NCBI GenBank assembly: GCA_963708065.1
Contig: CAVPRZ010000004.1
Span: 511,863 to 575,862 of the forward strand
DNA length: 64,000 nt
Direction: 5' to 3'
Source of the DNA: an uncultured Chloroflexia bacterium
Lineage (GTDB): Bacteria; Chloroflexota; Limnocylindria; Limnocylindrales; CSP1-4
Shown: positions 21,986 to 34,117 of the stretch, in pieces
Layout of the letters: every line of letters starts with the position of its first letter
How positions within the stretch are numbered: position 1 is the first letter of the stretch
Notes under the pieces: model-generated
Seen by the model: only the letters and a program-made list of their open reading frames with translations
Told to the model about the DNA's origin: nothing
Database searches by the model: none
Position numbers and translations under genes: made by a program

Positions 21986-22303
21986 TCAGTCGGTGGCGGC
22001 CCGCCAGGCGCTCTCGAACCACGCCGTCGCCCGGTCGACGGCGTGACCGTCGAGGATCGCCGGTCTCAGGGTGACCCAGCCCCGGCCGCGGGTCGACGGC
22101 TCCGTGTCGGGGGTCCGGAGCGCCGCGGCGGCCACCGACGGGGTGAGGTGGAACGCGGCCCAGGCGCCGTCGGGATCGACGGCGGCGAACGGCCGGCCAC
22201 CACGGAGGTACTCGAGATGACCGTCGGCGCCGGCCTGTCGCTCGATCGGAGCGGTCAACCTGCCGGCGGCTGCCGCGACGACGTCTGCCAGCGTGTCGCT
22301 CAC
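21986..22303 (-). CDS. Hypothetical protein
   Basis: GTG start overlapping upstream TGA (GTGA); protein-like C-terminus GWVTLRP...[10 protein letters not shown]. Confidence 0.65.
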   Translation of the reverse strand: MSDTLADVVAAAAGRLTAPIERQAGADGHLEYLRGGRPFAAVDPDGAWAAFHLTPSVAAAALRTPDTEPSTRGRGWVTLRPAILDGHAVDRATAWFESAWRAATD

Positions 22304-22789
22304 GCCACCTCGCGGCCGGCCGAGGCGAGGACCGCCGCGGAGATCGTCCAGGTGGGCCTCGTAATGGTCGATCGTCTCCGTCAGGAAGAACTCCTCGTAC
22401 TCGCTGCTCTTGATCCAGCGCGTCTCGGGGACGACCGTCAGGTAGCCGCGCAGCTCGCCGGGGACCGTCCGGAACCGCTGCCGCACCTCGTCCATCGGCA
22501 GGGCGAGCCAGGCGAGCCGGATCTCCTCGTTGATCTCGTCGCCGCGGGCGTCCCAGTCGGCGTCGGCAGCATGCTTGGCCGGGCTGTCCTCGCCGACCGC
22601 CAGCTCACGGGCGACCTCGAGGGCGACCTCGAGCCAGGCGACGAGGTGGGCCATCAGGTCGCGCCCGGACCAGCCGTGGACGCTGTCGAGCTCGGGCGCG
22701 AGATCCGCGTCGGTCAGCTCGTCGAGCGCCTCGTAGGCGCGCCAGCCGTCGCGCTCGTCCTCTAGGAACGACAGGGCATCGAGGTACAT
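22300..22789 (-). CDS. DinB/ClbS-DfsB-like four-helix bundle protein (C-terminal frameshift)
   Basis: [14 protein letters not shown] and DHYEAH motifs. Confidence 0.75.
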
Positions 22790-23133
22790 CGGGTCGAGGA
22801 GCCGCCCGGCGGCCAGCGACTCGAACACGTCGGGGCGTCTCGCCTTCGCGAACGAGGCACGCTGCCCAAGGCTACCCCGGCCGAGTCCCGACCAGGCGCT
22901 GCGCTGCCGGACGACGGCTGGGCGATCGCCCGCAGCAGCATCACCAGGCCGACGCTCGCAAGAACTGTGCAAGTCGCCTGTCGGTGACGCCAGGGCCACG
23001 AACGCCTTCGACGAGCGCCGCAGGCGTAGTGGAGCGACATCCCGACGAAGACGAGCCCGAGCAGGACAGCGGCCGCACCCGCGGCCGCGAGGTAGAACTC
23101 GTGCCAGCCGGCAATGGCCTCGGACAGGCTCAC
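22790..23133 (-). pseudogene. Small membrane protein, badly degraded or low-quality sequence
   Basis: Intact N-terminus [24 protein letters not shown], then the frame breaks repeatedly. Confidence 0.55.
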
Positions 23134-23136
23134 AGG

Positions 23137-24818
<1,682 letters not shown>

Positions 24819-24859
24819 GAGCCGCGACGATAGCACGGGGCGGTGCGTCGGCCGGACGG

Positions 24860-25454
24860 TCAGTGGAAGGCGTCGGCCGCCGCGTTGATGTCGCCGTCGA
24901 CCGTGTCGGCGGCCAGGATCACCCGCACCCGGCCCGGCCGATCCCCGGGCCAGACGAGGATCCGCTGGAACGACGAGTCGCCGTTGAGGAAGTCCAGCCG
25001 ATGCCCGGGCGCGCCGCCGATGGTCGGCTCGGTCGTGGTGAGGTCGTGGATCTTGGAGTTCGCCTGGGCACCCGCCAGGTACGACTCGTAGACCGCCTGA
25101 TCGGTCAGGCCAGCCGCCTCGAACACGACCAGGCTGATCGCCTTGCCACCGCCGCGGTCCCAGGTCGCCGCCCCGAAGTGGGCCTCGCGAGATGCCCGCC
25201 TCGGCGAGCTTGCCGAGCGTGGCGGCCGAGCAGTAGCGGCCCGATTCCCGGTTGGTCGCGGCGGTCCCGTTCAGCGTCGTCGGGATCTTCGCCTCGAGCT
25301 CCGGGTAGGCGCCGGCCATCGCCTGCTGATCGGCGCCGGCGCACGGCTGGGTCGGGTCGAACGAGGCGTCGGCGACCTGATCGGCGCAGCCGGCGGCCAC
25401 GACGCCCACGAGCGCCACGGCAGCCACGATCCGAACCGCACGAGGGGGGAGCAC
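24860..25454 (-). CDS. Hypothetical lipoprotein (frameshift near 25190)
   Basis: Lipobox VAAGC; continues into ORF 24860..25126. Confidence 0.7.
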
Positions 25455-25607
25455 GCGTCGAATCTAGCGCGGGCGTCCGGAAGGCGCCGTCTCGGGCCCT
25501 GCAGCCGGCCACCCTCACAGCCAACCTTGCCGTTCGGTACCTCCGTCCTGGAATGGTGCGTCGATGCGCCCCACCATCGCCCGCCCGGACACCGGACCAG
25601 TCGGCTA

Positions 25608-25636
25608 TTGGCGCGGACCGGGCGGGGGTCTACGGT
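25608..25636 (+). promoter_or_regulatory. Sigma70-type promoter TTGGCG-N17-TACGGT
   Basis: Consensus-like hexamers with 17-bp spacer, about 7 nt upstream of the structured RNA candidate. Confidence 0.55.
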
Positions 25637-25642
25637 AGTTGC

Positions 25643-25834
25643 ACGCCGTCGAGCGAGCCACGGGGACGAACCCTGAGGCGTCGGTCACGGGTCGGAGCAG
25701 CGAACGAGCCGAACGTCGAGGACCGGGCAGGGCATATCGCCACGACCGGTCGAACAAGGCCCGACGAGGCACCGGCCACGAACCGAGCAACCATGAGCGA
25801 TCGGCCGGCAGGCCCGGGGACTCGGTACGACGGC
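25643..25834 (+). ncRNA. Candidate rod-shaped structured RNA (6S/Ms1-like)
   Basis: Nested pairings: GCCGTCG/CGACGGC, CGAG/CTCG, CGGG/CCCG, CCTG/CAGG, TCGGT/ACCGA, GGTCGG/CCGGCC, GACCGG/CCGGTC; ~190 nt; no credible ORF. Confidence 0.55.
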
Positions 25835-25865
25835 AGGCATCATCAGATCATTCCGCGCTTCCCAT

Positions 25866-25898
25866 ACGATCGCCCCCGAGGGCACCGGGGGCGATCGT
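25866..25898. terminator. 13-bp hairpin, possibly bidirectional terminator
   Basis: ACGATCGCCCCCG-AGGGCAC-CGGGGGCGATCGT. Confidence 0.65.
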
Positions 25899-25951
25899 CG
25901 CGTCTGGCGCCGGACTCAGGCTTCACCCGGGACCGACGGCGGACCCCTCGA

Positions 25952-26658
25952 TCAGTCGGTCGGGGGCCCGGGCGGCCGGCGCGACGGACGCGATCGTCGG
26001 ACGATCCCCCGCCGGTCGAGGTCGTCGCGCAGGACCCGGGCGGCGGCCAGGAGCTCCGGATCGCGCGAGATCGTCGACGCCATCCAGTCGACGTAGGACG
26101 GCTCGAACGCCGCGATCTCGCCGAGCGTGTGGCCGTGGAACTTGCCGAACGGCATGACGGTCGTGGTCGCCGTCTCGAGGCTCGGCGGGCGTGGCGGCCG
26201 GAAGCGCCGGAGTCGCGATCGGACGAGCGGCCCGTTCGGATCCGACGCCCGCCGCGGGTCCGGTGTCGCCGACCCGGGCCCGGATCGGCGGCTGGCCCGG
26301 CGGGTGGGCGCGCCGGCCGTCGGGCCGGCTCGTCGTGGCGTTCCGGGGCCGGAGGATGTCGGTCGTGTCGAGCCGGGCGGTGACCGGCCGGGTCGGCTTG
26401 GGGGGAGGCGGCCCGCCGGGTCGACGGGTCGCACCCTGGTGCGCCGGTCGGGCGACCCCGACCCGGTCGTCGCGGAGCTGCTCGTAGGCCGCGTTGATCT
26501 CGGCCATCTGTCGCGTGGCGACCCTCGACGGCAGCTGGATCGCCACCGATGAGGTCTGGGTGGTGCTCGCGGGCGAGACGGCGCCAGGCGGCCTTGATCG
26601 CGCTGGCCGATGCGCCGGGCTTGAGCCCGAGCACGACATGGGGGTCCCGCCTGGTCAC
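25952..26658 (-). CDS. J-domain protein with C-terminal MPFGK-type small domain (frameshifted; 3' end approximate)
   Basis: DPHVVLGL...AWRRLAREHHPD...MAEINAAYEQL; C-terminal VMPFGKFHGHTLGEIAAFEPSYVDW. Confidence 0.8.
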
Positions 26659-26698
26659 CCATCCAGTCTAGCCGCCGTCGCTTGACAGGCCGGTCCGG

Positions 26699-27779
26699 GT
26701 GTCGTCCCCTTGGAGCGTGCCTTCGCTCCGCCGTGCCGGCGTCGTCGCCGGCCTGACGCTCGCTCCGCTCGTGGCCGCCCTCCGGTTCGCCCACGTCTAC
26801 CGGGTCCGAGCGGGGTTCCCCAATCGCCGTCCACCCCGCTTCGACCCGACCGATCTCGGCCTGTCGTTCGAGGAGACCGTCGTGCGGTCGGACGGCGGCG
26901 ATCTCCCGGCCTGGTTCATCCCGGCCCGCGGCGGGGCGCCGGGTCCCGGTGTCGTCCTCGTCCACGGCTGGGACTCGGCCCGCGACCGGACCCTGCCGAC
27001 CGCTCGGTTCCTGAACGCCGCGGGCTTCCACTGCCTGACGTTCGACGTCCGCGGCAACGGGGCGAACCCGCCGGAGATCCTGCCGCTGAGCGCCGGCGAG
27101 TTCGGCGCCGACGCCGCGGCCGCGTTCGAGGTCCTGCTCGCCCGGCCCGAGGTGACCCGCGGAGCGATCCTCGGCCACTCGATGGGCGGGACCGGGGCGA
27201 TCCTCGCCGCGGCCGCCGACCCGCGCGTCGCAGCGGTCGTGAGCGTGTCCGCGCCGGCCGATCCGCGGCGGATGGTCCACCAGACGTTCCGCCTCGCCCG
27301 CCTCCCGATCCCCGGCCCGGTCGCCGCGCCGCTCGCCTGGCTCACCAGCCGGGTCTACGTCCGGCCACGCGGTCATGCCCTCCGCGCGATCAGCGCCCGG
27401 CACGCCGTCGCGCGCTACCGCGGCCCGATCCTGGTCGCCCACGGTCGGGACGATTCGGTGATGCCCGTCGAACACGCCCACCGGATCGCCCGATCCGCGA
27501 TCGCGGCGCGGCGAGACGCGGGGACGCCGGCCCGGGTCGAGCTGCTCGTGGTCCAGTCGGGCGCCCACAGCTGGTCGTACGAGGACGAGACGTACCGCCG
27601 CACCGTCGCGGCGTTCCTCGCTCGCGAGCTCGGTGGCCCGCTCGAGCCCGAGGCGGCGGCCGATGCCGCGGCGGCGGTCGATGCACGTCGCCTGCCGGAG
27701 CCCGAGACGGCCCTCGTCGGGGACCGGGCCGCGTCGCCCGCGCTGGCGATGGTCGGCCGTACGCCGGCGCGACCCGTGA
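26699..27779 (+). CDS. Alpha/beta hydrolase (serine)
   Basis: VLVHGW, GHSMGG, HGRDDSVMP and GAHS motifs; 3' boundary inferred from GTGA overlap. Confidence 0.85.
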
Positions 27780-28297
27780 CCGCCTGGGACGCGGTCCGCG
27801 CCAAGCGGGCGATCCGCCGGTTCGACGATCGCCCACTCGGGGCCGATGAGCTCGATCGCCTCCTCCGGGCCGGACGCCGGGCGGGCAGCTCGAAGAACCT
27901 CCAGCGCTGGGACTTCATCGTCGTCCGCGACCGGGACCGGCTGGGCCGGCTCGCCGCTGTCGGCCCGTGGGCCGGTCATCTCGCGGGCGCCGCGGTCGCC
28001 ATCGCCCTCGTGACCCCCGACCCTCGGGCGGCCGACTCGCCGCTGTCGGTGATGTTCGATCTCGGGCAGGTCGCCGAGAACATGATGCTCGTGGCCTGGG
28101 AGCTCGGGATCGGCAGCGTCCCGGCGACCGTCTACGACCAGGCTCTGGCGCGCGAGATCCTCGGCTACCCCGAGGACCACCACTGCGAGTACCTGCTCTC
28201 GTTCGGCTATCCGGCCGACCCGGGCGCGCTCACGGCGCCGCTGCGACCCGGAGGTCGCCGGCCGCTGGCCGAGATGGTCCACGAGGAGCGCTGGTAG
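27776..28297 (+). CDS. Nitroreductase family protein (in frame with upstream hydrolase in this assembly)
   Basis: KRAIRRF, AGSSKNLQRWDFIVV and ENMMLVAWELGIGS motifs. Confidence 0.88.
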   Translation: MTAWDAVRAKRAIRRFDDRPLGADELDRLLRAGRRAGSSKNLQRWDFIVVRDRDRLGRLAAVGPWAGHLAGAAVAIALVTPDPRAADSPLSVMFDLGQVAENMMLVAWELGIGSVPATVYDQALAREILGYPEDHHCEYLLSFGYPADPGALTAPLRPGGRRPLAEMVHEERW

Positions 28298-28315
28298 GTC
28301 CGGCCGGTCAGGCCC

Positions 28316-29404
28316 TCACTGCCACTGGAACCGGCGGGCAGCGAACCCGAAGCAGGCGATCGTCCAGACGACCAGGATGACGACGCAGACCCACAGCGGG
28401 GCATAGGCCGCACCGCCGACCATCACCTGGCGGAGCGCGTCCGAGAGGTAGGTCAGGGGCAGGAACCGGGCGACCGTCTGGAGGGCGTCCGGCATCAGCG
28501 CGATCGGGAAGAACGTCCCCGACAGGAACATCATCGGGAACTGGACGGCGCTGGTCATGCCGTTGGCCGCATCCTCGGTCTTGGCCAGCGTGGCGATCAC
28601 GTAGCCGAGCGAGGTGAACGCCAGCGAGCCGAGGATGGCCAGGAAGGCGATCGCGATCAGGCTCCCGATGATCTTCACGTCGAAGGCCGCGACGCCGACC
28701 CCGACGATGAGCACGAACTGGACCAGGGCGATGATCAGCCGCATGATCACGTTCGAGCCGATCAGCTGCCAGCGCCGGAGCGGCGTCGCCGCGAGCCGCT
28801 TGAGGATCAGCTTCTGGCGGTCGGCGACGAGCGGGATCGCGGCGAAGATGCCCGTCTGCATGAGGGCCATCCCGAGGATGCTCGGGACCAGGTAGGAGAC
28901 CGCGTTCAGCCGCTCGGTCTGGATCGGCCGGGGCTGGCCGGCGATCGCCACCGGCTGGCCGCCCAGGTTGACCACCGCCAGGGTCCCGGTGACGTAGGAG
29001 GTCATCGCCCCGGTCGACGACTGCTGGCTCGGATCGACGTAGTAGGTGATCGTCGCCGGCTTGGTCGGGTCCGCCTGGGCCGTCGCGAGCGCGGCGGCGT
29101 AGCCGCGTGGGACGACGATGACCCCCGAGTTGTCGCTGTCCTTCATCTCCTGGAGGGCCGGGTCGAGGGCCGAGTCGACCAGCTTGACGTTGGGGGCGGA
29201 GGCGAACGCCGCGCGCAGCTGGGCCGAGGCCGGCGAGGCGTCCTGGTCGACCCAGGCGACGGTGATGCTGTTGTCGCCGCCGGAGAAGATCGCCCCGAAC
29301 AGGACGACGAAGATCAGCGGGAAGGCGAGCGTCCAGAACAGCGCCTGGCGGTCGCGCAGGTAGCTGCGGATGTTGGCGATCGTCAGCGCCCGGAGGGCTC
29401 GCAT
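28316..29404 (-). CDS. ABC-2 type exporter permease
   Basis: LFWTLAFPL, ILKRLAATPL, PMMFLSGTFFP and LPLTY motifs. Confidence 0.9.
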   Translation of the reverse strand: MRALRALTIANIRSYLRDRQALFWTLAFPLIFVVLFGAIFSGGDNSITVAWVDQDASPASAQLRAAFASAPNVKLVDSALDPALQEMKDSDNSGVIVVPRGYAAALATAQADPTKPATITYYVDPSQQSSTGAMTSYVTGTLAVVNLGGQPVAIAGQPRPIQTERLNAVSYLVPSILGMALMQTGIFAAIPLVADRQKLILKRLAATPLRRWQLIGSNVIMRLIIALVQFVLIVGVGVAAFDVKIIGSLIAIAFLAILGSLAFTSLGYVIATLAKTEDAANGMTSAVQFPMMFLSGTFFPIALMPDALQTVARFLPLTYLSDALRQVMVGGAAYAPLWVCVVILVVWTIACFGFAARRFQWQ

Positions 29405-29414
29405 CGCGGCTGCC

Positions 29415-30349
29415 TCAGTCCCGAGCGCCCGGCCGGTCAGGTCGAGGAACACGTCCTCGAGGGTGGCCTTGCGCACCCCGAGGTTCCCGGGCTCGATCCC
29501 GCGCGCCTCGGTGAGGGCGAGGAGCGCGCCGATCGTGGCGGGCACGTCCCGGGTGTACAGCCAGGTCGTCTCCTCGTCGTGCTTGACCGAGGTCACCGCC
29601 GGCAGCCCGGCCAGCTCGGCGTCGTCGAGGTCCGGGGTCCGGTCGAAGCGGACCGCTCGCTCGTGGAAGCGCCGGTCGATGAGCTCGCTCGAGGTGCCCA
29701 TCTCGAGGATCTTGCCGTGATCCATGATCGCCAGCCGGTTGCAGAGGTGATCGGCCTCCTCCATGTAGTGGGTCGTCAGGAGGATCGTCTTGCCCTGCTC
29801 GCGGAGGCGCTCGATGAGGTCCCAGAGCGAGCGCCGGGCGGCCGGATCGAGCCCCGTCGTCGGCTCGTCGAGGAAGACCACCTCGGGGTCGTTGACGAGG
29901 GCGAGCGCGACCGCCAGCCGCTGGCGCTGGCCGCCGGACAGCTCGCGGGTCTGGGCCGTGCGCCGCTCGCCGAGGTCGAGGAAGTCGACCAGCTGGTCGG
30001 TCGGCAGGGTCCGGGCGTAGAAGCTGCGGAAGAGGTCGAGGACCTCGACGACGGTCAGCTTCGGATAGAGCTCGGCGGTCTGCAGGGTGACCCCGATCCG
30101 CTCCTTGAGCGCGTCGGGCCGGGCGACCGCGTCGATCCCGAGGACCTCGAGCTGGCCACCGTCCGGCTCGCGGAGCCCCTCGAGCATCTCGACCGTGGTC
30201 GTCTTGCCGGCGCCGTTCGGACCGAGGAGACCGAAGACCTCGCCCCGGGCGACGTCGAACGAGACGCCGTCGACCGCGCGAACGTCGCCGTACGCCTTGC
30301 GGACGTCACGGACGCTGATGACGACATCGTTCGACACGGCGAGGGTCAT
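29415..30349 (-). CDS. ABC transporter ATP-binding protein
   Basis: GPNGAGKTT, LSGGQRQR, FLDEPTTGLD, TTHYMEEA; probable true stop TGA at 29415-29417. Confidence 0.92.
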
Positions 30350-30436
30350 GGGTCGGCGCGAATTCATGCCACGCGATCGCGACCGGCGCCGGGTGGGCCA
30401 TTGGCCGGTCGGCTCGCCCGTCGGCCGCGCTCGGGG

Positions 30437-31668
30437 TCAGGCGGGCTCGGCCTCGGGCGCCGGGGCGCCGATCGCGAGGTACGACGCGATGGCCTTCTCG
30501 AGGCCGACGTCGCGGCCGGCCTTCTCCGAGAGCAGCCACTTGTGCTCGAGGACGTCGCAGTAGGCCTGGACGAGATCACGATCAGCGTGGATCGCGCTCC
30601 GCAACCGGCTCACCGTTGGCTCGTACACGTCGTGGAGCCAGCGGGCGGCCCCGGCGGCCCCGTCGATCGGCCGCTTCTCGAACCACTCGAGCCAGGCCCG
30701 GTACTCGCGCAGGTCGTTCATGAGGATCCGGGCCTGGCCCTCGAGGGCCCGGATCCCGGTGAGCCGCTCGAGCTCGCGGATGTGGAACCGACGGGTCGTG
30801 ACCGCCACGCGCAGCCGGAGCTTGCCGGCCCGGTCGCCGGGCTCGAGCTCGATCTCGTCGACCGAGAAGCCCAGGTCGTTGAGCCGTCGGACGCGGGCCC
30901 CCACCGCGAACCGGTCATCGGCGCCAAGCTGGACCTCGGCGTGGAGCTCGTCCCACAGCGCCCGGTAGCGGGTCCGGACGCTCTCGGCCTCCGCGATCGG
31001 GGTCGTCGAGCTCGTCGGCCTGGCCCTGGTAGGCCGCGAGGTCGGCCAGGCCGTACGCGACGTTCTCGACGAGGACCTCGAGGTCGTAGGCGCGCTGGCC
31101 CGTCCGACAGCGACGGGTGGACCTCGCTCGTCTCGGCGTCGACGAGGAAGGCCTGGATCTTGTCGCCGTCGCGCCGGAAGAGGGTGTTCGCGAGCGAGCA
31201 GTCGCCCCAGTAGACCCCACCACGATGGAGGTCGACCAGCAACGAGGCCATCGCGTCGAGGAGCCGGTCGCGATAGGGCTCGGAGCCGGACCCGAGCCGC
31301 ATCAGCAGGCGGCGGTACTGGAGCGAGTGAGCGAGGTAGGAGGTGACGAGGATCGCCTCGGACCGGTCGGGCGCCTCCGCCAGTCCGACCGGGGCGACCG
31401 CCGGCAGCTCCTCGGCCTCGAGCCGGCGGAGGACCTCGTACTCGTGCCGGGCGATCTCGAGCGGCTCCTCCTTCAGCGCGTAGAGCCGGTCGCCGTCGAG
31501 CACGAACCGGACGAGGTGACGCGACGGTCCGACCGGGAGCTCGCGGAACTCGATCGCGCCGCTCGGCCAGTCGCCGAGTGGCAGCTCCCAGGGCAGCCCG
31601 AGCAGCCCGGGTGCCGCCGTGCGCAGGCGGAGATGCGGGAACGGGGCCGTCCCGGGCGAGTCGGTCAG
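30437..31668 (-). CDS. DUF4032 domain kinase-like protein (frameshifted; start approximate)
   Basis: LPWELPL, GPSRHLVRF, YWGDCSLANTLFRRD, LVDAET and VLEHKWLLSEKAGRDVG motifs. Confidence 0.85.
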
Positions 31669-32105
31669 AGTCGCTTCCGCAGGTAGGCGGTGACCGTGGC
31701 GTCGTAGCCGACCGCCTCGTACAGGTGGCGGGCCTCGGGCCGGTGGTGGGCGGCGGTCACCTCGATGAACGCCGCGCCGCCCTCGAGGGCGACCCGCTCC
31801 GCCGCTGCCATGAGGTCGTGACCGACGCCGCGACCGCGTGCCCCCGCGTCGACGACGAGAGCGAGGATCCGGGCGATCGTGTCGTCGTGCTCGAACCGGG
31901 GCATGACGTGGACCGCGACGAAGCCGAGGATCTCCCCGGCGTCCTCGGCCACGATCACCTGGCCGTTCGCCGCGCAGAACCGGTCGATCCGGTCGCCGAT
32001 GGTCGAGGTCGCGGCCGGGTAGCCCTCGTCGGTGAACAGCGCGGCGATCCGCTCGGCATCGGCAGTCGTCGCCGGGCGGAGGGTGATGGGCTGCTGGTCG
32101 ATCAT
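31665..32105 (-). CDS. GNAT family N-acetyltransferase
   Basis: LVVDAGARGRGVG and ARHLYEAVGY motifs. Confidence 0.9.
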   Translation of the reverse strand: MIDQQPITLRPATTADAERIAALFTDEGYPAATSTIGDRIDRFCAANGQVIVAEDAGEILGFVAVHVMPRFEHDDTIARILALVVDAGARGRGVGHDLMAAAERVALEGGAAFIEVTAAHHRPEARHLYEAVGYDATVTAYLRKRL

Positions 32106-32647
32106 GCCCCGGATGGTACCCCGACCAGGATGAGCTGGGGACCGGCGACGGGTCGCCCGAGGACGAGCGCCGCCTCCCCGAACGGACCGCGGCCGGGTCG
32201 GCAGCGGATCCCAGATGCGGCGAGCGCCTCGACGCCGGAGACGAGCCCGTCCGATGGCAAGAGGTAGAGCGCCGTCGGACCCTCACCGCGGTGCGCGAGG
32301 GCTGCCGCGAGCCGCCCCTCCGTGTTCGGCTCGAGCAGGACGAGGACCGGTGCCGGCGAGACTGGCCGCCAGGTCCACGCCGAGGCCCCGAGGAGGAGGT
32401 CGGGCTCGGCCGGGCCGATCGCGCCGCCCAGATCGTCCGGACCGAGCTCGACCGCGGCCCGCGCGAGCTCGACCGTCGCCCAGCCCACGCCGACCGTCAC
32501 GAGCCGGACGCCGCCGAGCGACAGGTGCTCGCGATCCGGGTCGCCGTCCGCTGCCCCACCGGGGCCGCCATCGCGCATCCGGTCGGCGCCGGTCAGCCCG
32601 GCCTCGCGGGCAAGCGCCCGGGCGATCGCGACCGGATCGGCGGTCAC
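32102..32647 (-). CDS. Hypothetical protein (VOC/glyoxalase-like)
   Basis: GWATVELARA and LLEPNTEGRLAAALAHRGEG; translationally coupled on both sides. Confidence 0.65.
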   Translation of the reverse strand: MTADPVAIARALAREAGLTGADRMRDGGPGGAADGDPDREHLSLGGVRLVTVGVGWATVELARAAVELGPDDLGGAIGPAEPDLLLGASAWTWRPVSPAPVLVLLEPNTEGRLAAALAHRGEGPTALYLLPSDGLVSGVEALAASGIRCRPGRGPFGEAALVLGRPVAGPQLILVGVPSGA

Positions 32648-33501
32648 AGCAGGATGAGGTCGGGCGACGGTCCGCCGAGGATCGCGAACCCCAGCCGACG
32701 GTAGAGCGCCAGTGCCCGCTCGTTCGACGCATAGACGCCGAGGTAGACCGGGTCGTCGCCCGCCTCGAGCGCTCCGTCGATCAGGGCCCGGGTCACGGCC
32801 TCACCGAGGCCGAGGCCCTGCCGGCCGCGAGTGACGCCGATCGCGGAGAGGTAGCTCATCCGGTCGTGGCCATGGCGCCGGCCGACCGCCACGGGCTCGC
32901 CGTCGATCCGGGCCAGCCGGACGTCGATCTTCGGATCGTCGAGGCCGGACAGGATCTCCTCCGTCAGCCGCTCCACTCGGTCGCCGGTCACCTGGAACGC
33001 CTCGCCGATGAGGTGGGCGGCGGCTCGCGAGGCGGAGGCGCCACGGTCCGGAGCGTCCCGGCCGATCCGCTCGACGACCGTCCCGACCGGGAGTGGCCTG
33101 GGCGCGACGGCAAGCGGGTCGCGGACCAGGATCATCACCAGCCCGCCCTCGAGGTCGGTGAACCTCCGGGCGCGAAGCCGGTCGGCGATGTCCTCCGGCT
33201 GGAGGAACCCGGGTGCGAGCCAGACGTAGGGCTGCCGGTCACGGGCGACGAACTCCCGGATCGCGGCCTCGAGGCGGGCGATGAACGCGTCCGGGTCGTC
33301 CGGCCAGCGGATCGCGGCGAGCCGGTTGAAGAACGGATCCGGGTCGACCGGATCGAACACCGCCACCGCGTCGCCGAGATCGACGAGCTCGCGCCCGGGT
33401 CCGAGCGCGTCGACCCGCGTCTCGTGGATCTCGAGACGGTGCAGCAGGCCGGCATCCACCCCGTACCATGGCGGTCCGAAGCGCTCGCGCCAGGTGTCCA
33501 T
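32644..33501 (-). CDS. GNAT family N-acetyltransferase
   Basis: IGVTRGRQGLGLG and NERALALYRRLGF motifs. Confidence 0.88.
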   Translation of the reverse strand: MDTWRERFGPPWYGVDAGLLHRLEIHETRVDALGPGRELVDLGDAVAVFDPVDPDPFFNRLAAIRWPDDPDAFIARLEAAIREFVARDRQPYVWLAPGFLQPEDIADRLRARRFTDLEGGLVMILVRDPLAVAPRPLPVGTVVERIGRDAPDRGASASRAAAHLIGEAFQVTGDRVERLTEEILSGLDDPKIDVRLARIDGEPVAVGRRHGHDRMSYLSAIGVTRGRQGLGLGEAVTRALIDGALEAGDDPVYLGVYASNERALALYRRLGFAILGGPSPDLILL

Positions 33502-33618
33502 CGCCGAACCTTATCGCCGCGGTCACGCCGGCCGCCGAGAACCGCCGGGTGGCGGGACGACGTATGGACTGTGCGGCGATCAGCCGCGTGCCGGCGCGGC
33601 AAGCCCAGGAGGATGGAA

Positions 33619-34038
33619 GTGACCAGACCAGCGATCGCGTCCCCGAGGATCGGGGGCCTGTTCCTCGTCGTCGCCCTGCTCGCGGCGGCCTGCTCGTCGG
33701 GTACCGCGACGACGGCGCCCACTGCGGCTCCGCCGACCCAGGCGCCGGCAGCGACGGCGGCCAGCCCGGCCGGCGGCGGTGGGGCCGCCGGCAGCGCCGT
33801 GACGATCAAGGACTTCTCGTTCGACCCGGCCACGCTGACGGCCAAGGTCGGCCAGGAGATCACCTGGACGAACCAGGGCAACGCTTCGCACACCGTGACT
33901 TTCGATGCGGGCGGGCCGGACAGCGGCACGCTCGCCTCGGGCGCGACGTTCAAGCACACCTTCGACGCGGCGGGCTCGTTCACCTACCACTGCAACTTCC
34001 ACTCGTCGATGACGGGGACGATCACCGTCACGCAGTAG
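33619..34038 (+). CDS. Cupredoxin (plastocyanin/amicyanin-like) lipoprotein
   Basis: AGGAGG RBS, lipobox AAAC, HTVT and YHCNFHSSMTG type-1 Cu ligands. Confidence 0.9.
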   Translation: MTRPAIASPRIGGLFLVVALLAAACSSGTATTAPTAAPPTQAPAATAASPAGGGGAAGSAVTIKDFSFDPATLTAKVGQEITWTNQGNASHTVTFDAGGPDSGTLASGATFKHTFDAAGSFTYHCNFHSSMTGTITVTQ

Positions 34039-34117
34039 GAGGCCGGCCGCGCCGGCCGCCGCCCGAGACCCGGGCTCGATCCGGGCCCTCGGCAGGCCGG
34101 AGGCCCGATCGGGCCCG

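Noticed and set aside
26699-28297. Hydrolase-nitroreductase fusion
   Set aside because: The nitroreductase begins at a GTGA start/stop overlap (27776-27779), typical of two coupled genes; with frequent indels the fusion is doubtful until reads are checked
28316-30367. ABC ATPase-permease fusion (683 aa)
   Set aside because: One inserted base would give the usual GRALRD* ending at 29415 followed by an ATG at 29404; probably an indel artefact
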